Part shown: positions 61,135 to 64,000 of the stretch, in pieces
How positions within the stretch are numbered: position 1 is the stretch's first letter
Layout of the letters: the number at the start of each line of letters is the position of its first letter
Origin: Candidatus Parabeggiatoa sp. nov. 3
GTDB lineage: Bacteria; Pseudomonadota; Gammaproteobacteria; Beggiatoales; Beggiatoaceae
DNA length: 64,000 nt
Assembly: GCA_003645185.1 (NCBI GenBank)
Contig: QNEL01000001.1
Coordinates: 27-64,026 of the forward strand
Direction: 5' to 3'
The notes under the pieces: generated by a model
What the model saw: only the letters and a program-made list of their open reading frames with translations
Database searches by the model: none
Told to the model about the DNA's origin: nothing
Program-made: the position numbers and the translations under genes

Positions 61135-61272
61135 TCAAATACTTAAGTTATTTCGCAACAACTCTATTGAATAATCATAATCATGATTGTCAATTTTAGT
61201 GACGCTCATAAAGATTAGTAGCAGTGGCAAAAAAATCGCTAACATGATTAAGTAGATAATAAGCCCGTTCAT
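61135..61272 (-). CDS. Small single-TM peptide, 45 aa, below the ORF-track cutoff
   Basis: GAGG SD; MNGLIIYLIMLAIFLPLLLIFMSVTKIDNHDYDYSIELLRNNLSI. Confidence 0.55.
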   Translation of the reverse strand: MNGLIIYLIMLAIFLPLLLIFMSVTKIDNHDYDYSIELLRNNLSI

Positions 61273-61355
61273 GATGGTTACCTCGCGTAGTTTAAGCGAT
61301 AGCTGTCCACACTGTTCATCGCGTATAGATAGCTTTGTTTATATTGATTTTAAAC

Positions 61356-61380
61356 AGACGGACAAGTTGCTCACATTTGC
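61356..61380 (-). promoter_or_regulatory. Candidate ECF promoter for peptide copy 2
   Basis: GCAAA-TGTGAGCAAC-TTGTCCGTCT. Confidence 0.6.
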
Positions 61381-61540
61381 TAAAATTTTTTTTGGGGATG
61401 AAAATCGGGCTGCAAAATAAATTTGGAACGTAAAAAACCGCAAAATAAATTTTGCACTCCAAAACCGCAAAATAACAAGGAACGAAAAAACCGCAAAATA
61501 ACAATGCACTCCAATAAGGCAGCAAGATTAATGGTGATTT

Positions 61541-63796
61541 ATGAATAAATATGCGCTTTTTTATCTATACTTTTTTTTCACTCTCAGCATAAGCCCTTTA
61601 ACGGCTGCCCTTGATCAACCGCTGATACAACAGGCCTTTAAACAAGGCCAATTTGCTCAAGCCATTGAGCAATGGGAAAATCAATGGCCCAGTTTGCCAA
61701 CAGGGCAACAAGTTGATGTCTTATTACAATTGGCTGTGGCTTATCAATCATTAGGCTTGGCCGATAAGGCTTTTGCGGCGCTTCATCAAGCCTTGCCGAA
61801 GCTGCAATCTGATCCGATTCGTCAATCACTGGTATTGGGCAGTTTGAGTGATTTCTATTTACGTTATCGTGATTTTGATCTGGCCGAACAGTATGCCAAG
61901 CAAAGTGTTGATTTGGTTTGTACGGCCCCTGATTCGCCTTTAGCCTGTGCTACGGCCTTAAATTATCAAGCTAACCTATTGAGTTTACAGGAAAATGTTC
62001 CTGAAGCCTTGGCTCACTATAGAAAAAGCTTGGCACTGGCACAACAAGCTGATGATCCGGTTTTGAGTGCGAAACTGCGAACCAATATCGTGCAAATTGA
62101 ATGGGGGAAAGAGGCTTTTGAAACGGCTTTGTCAGCCATGCAAGCTTTACCCGATTCGCATGATAAACGATTGGGCTTGCTCAAATTGGCTCATCTTGCT
62201 ATTGAGCATCCTGAAATGAAATGGATTGTTTATGAAATCTTGCAGACTGTCTTGCAACAGGCTAAGCGATTAGGTGATACGCGGAGTGCGGCTTATGCAA
62301 CCGGTTATTTAGGTAAGCTGTATGAACAAGAACAGCGTTATGGGGAAGCGGAGCGTTTAACGCAACAAGCGATTTTTATGAGTTTCGACGCGGCCGATCA
62401 GTTGTACCTTTGGTACTGGCAACAGGGCCGTTTGTATAAAGCACAAGATGATTTACCCCGTGCCCGTACCGCTTATCAAAACGCCATTAAGCAATTACAG
62501 CGTTTACGCCGCGCCGTTGTGCGCGGTTATCGGATTCCGCCACAATCGCTTTTGAAAACGGCCGATGTGGTTTATTTTGATTTAGCGGATTTATGGCTTC
62601 AAACAGCGCGTCATGCGCCTGATGAAAAACAACGGCAAGCCGATTTGCTGAAAGCGAGAGAAACGTTGGAATTACTGAAAGCCGTTGAACTGGAAAATTA
62701 TTTTCAAGATGACTGTGTCACGGCATTACAAGCGAAAAGGAAGCGTATTGATGATATCCTCACTGATACGCATACCGCTGTATTTTATCCGATGATTTTT
62801 GAACAGCGCGTTGAACTCTTGTTGAGTTTCGCCGGCGGGGAATTAAAACAATTGACTTTGACAGATCAAGACAATCCGAAAGCAAGCTACGCTCAGATTC
62901 AGAAAATCGTTAAAGCCTTTCATCGTCAACTGAGAAACCCTAAGAGTAATTATCGGCGGCTGTTAGTCAATTCCCGTCAACTTGAGAAGATTTTTATTCA
63001 AAAAATGCGGCCGACACTTGAAGCACGGCAGATCAAAACGTTGATTATCGTGCCAGACAGTCTATTGCGAACCATCCCTTTTGCCGCTTTACACGATGGC
63101 AGACAATTTTTGATTCAACAATACGCGCTCGCGATCATTCCCGGTTTAACGCTGACAGAGGAGCCAAAGCGATTTAAACGGCATGAGATCAAGATGCTCA
63201 TGGGTGGGCTATCAGAAAGTCGCCAAGGTTTTTCAGCGTTACCGCATGTGCTTAATTCAATCAACAGTATCGAACAAATTTGCCAGACTCAAACACCGCC
63301 TTTAGTGAATAAAAGCTTTCTGAAAAATAGGCTAAAAGACAACTTAGCCGAAACAGCTTACACCAGTCTATATTTTGCCACCCATGGGCAATTTAAAAGC
63401 CATTCGACATCAAGCTTTTTGTTGACTTACAACGACAAGCTGAATCTGAATGAACTCGAACAGTTTATGCGTATCAGTCAATTTCGTGATGAACCTATCG
63501 AATTGCTCACTTTAAGTGCTTGTGAAACGGCGGTGGGGGATGAACGAGCGGCATTAGGCTTAGCGGGTATAGCCCTGAAAGCGGGCGCAAGAAGTGCGGT
63601 AGCGAGCTTATGGCGAGTGGAAGAAGCCTCGACGGCTAAACTGATGACGACTTTTTATCAGGCGATGTGTAAAGGGCCTTATGTTTCTAAAGCCGAAGCG
63701 CTTCAACAAGCCCAAAAAACCTTACTACTCAGTCAAAGGCAATACAAACATCCTTATTATTGGGCCCCTTTTTTATTGATTGGGAATTGGCTTTAA
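61541..63796 (+). CDS. Exported TPR-CHAT (caspase-like) protease
   Basis: Signal peptide; TPR repeats; catalytic dyad FATHG and LSACETA; ends HPYYWAPFLLIGNWL. Confidence 0.92.
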   Translation: MNKYALFYLYFFFTLSISPLTAALDQPLIQQAFKQGQFAQAIEQWENQWPSLPTGQQVDVLLQLAVAYQSLGLADKAFAALHQALPKLQSDPIRQSLVLGSLSDFYLRYRDFDLAEQYAKQSVDLVCTAPDSPLACATALNYQANLLSLQENVPEALAHYRKSLALAQQADDPVLSAKLRTNIVQIEWGKEAFETALSAMQALPDSHDKRLGLLKLAHLAIEHPEMKWIVYEILQTVLQQAKRLGDTRSAAYATGYLGKLYEQEQRYGEAERLTQQAIFMSFDAADQLYLWYWQQGRLYKAQDDLPRARTAYQNAIKQLQRLRRAVVRGYRIPPQSLLKTADVVYFDLADLWLQTARHAPDEKQRQADLLKARETLELLKAVELENYFQDDCVTALQAKRKRIDDILTDTHTAVFYPMIFEQRVELLLSFAGGELKQLTLTDQDNPKASYAQIQKIVKAFHRQLRNPKSNYRRLLVNSRQLEKIFIQKMRPTLEARQIKTLIIVPDSLLRTIPFAALHDGRQFLIQQYALAIIPGLTLTEEPKRFKRHEIKMLMGGLSESRQGFSALPHVLNSINSIEQICQTQTPPLVNKSFLKNRLKDNLAETAYTSLYFATHGQFKSHSTSSFLLTYNDKLNLNELEQFMRISQFRDEPIELLTLSACETAVGDERAALGLAGIALKAGARSAVASLWRVEEASTAKLMTTFYQAMCKGPYVSKAEALQQAQKTLLLSQRQYKHPYYWAPFLLIGNWL

Positions 63797-63861
63797 CAAA
63801 ATAATACCCATTTCTGCTTGGATAACAATAACACTATGATTTGTATGGGATTTTAATGAAG

Positions 63862-64000
63862 AGGGTGGGCAACATAAACACGTTACTGGCCCCCTACATT
63901 GATCTAATTGGTGGGCAACATAAACACGTTACCGGCCCCCTACATTGATCTAATTGGTGGGCAACATAAACACGTTACCGGCCCCCTACATTGATCTAAT
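63862..64000. repeat. Tandem REP array, ~46-bp units, running off the window edge
   Basis: GGTGGGCAACATAAACACGTTAC(C/T)GGCCCCCTACATTGATCTAAT three times. Confidence 0.9.

Noticed and set aside
50533-63796. Type III-E CRISPR-associated protease locus
   Set aside because: No Cas7-11 or array, and the CHAT protein has a signal peptide; analogy only.
1-64000. rRNA, tRNA or autonomous transposase genes
   Set aside because: None recognised by eye; a covariance-model scan would be needed to exclude small RNAs.

Overview
AT-rich, repeat-dense gammaproteobacterial DNA; the gene families and repeat load suggest a large sulfur bacterium of the Beggiatoaceae (inference). Left to right: (1) a TagT/TagS-like ABC pair split by an AAA-ATPase/RloB cassette, and a 2H-phosphoesterase. 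(2) A ~37-kb all-plus-strand polymorphic toxin region (6.8-43.9 kb). It holds one complete signal-peptide/transglutaminase-like/Ig/Rhs toxin, a 5'-truncated Rhs with a PT-HINT toxin, several orphan Rhs or HINT fragments and about 17 candidate immunity genes, with REP hairpins and at least five MITE families at the junctions. (3) A ParA/MinD-like ATPase and a Roadblock-like protein separated by a 15-unit REP array, then a PtuA/PtuB-like ATPase-HNH pair with no reverse transcriptase. (4) An ECF sigma / zf-HC2 anti-sigma / M48-TPR peptidase / TpsA-like / LRR / CHAT protease cluster. A bipartite motif (GCAAA-N10-TTRTCMGTCT) occurs there five times, including upstream of the sigma gene and of two unannotated small membrane-peptide genes. 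The two best candidates for undescribed biology are this readable ECF-protease regulon and the REP-delimited cassette structure of the immunity array. All family assignments come from motif recognition, not database searches.
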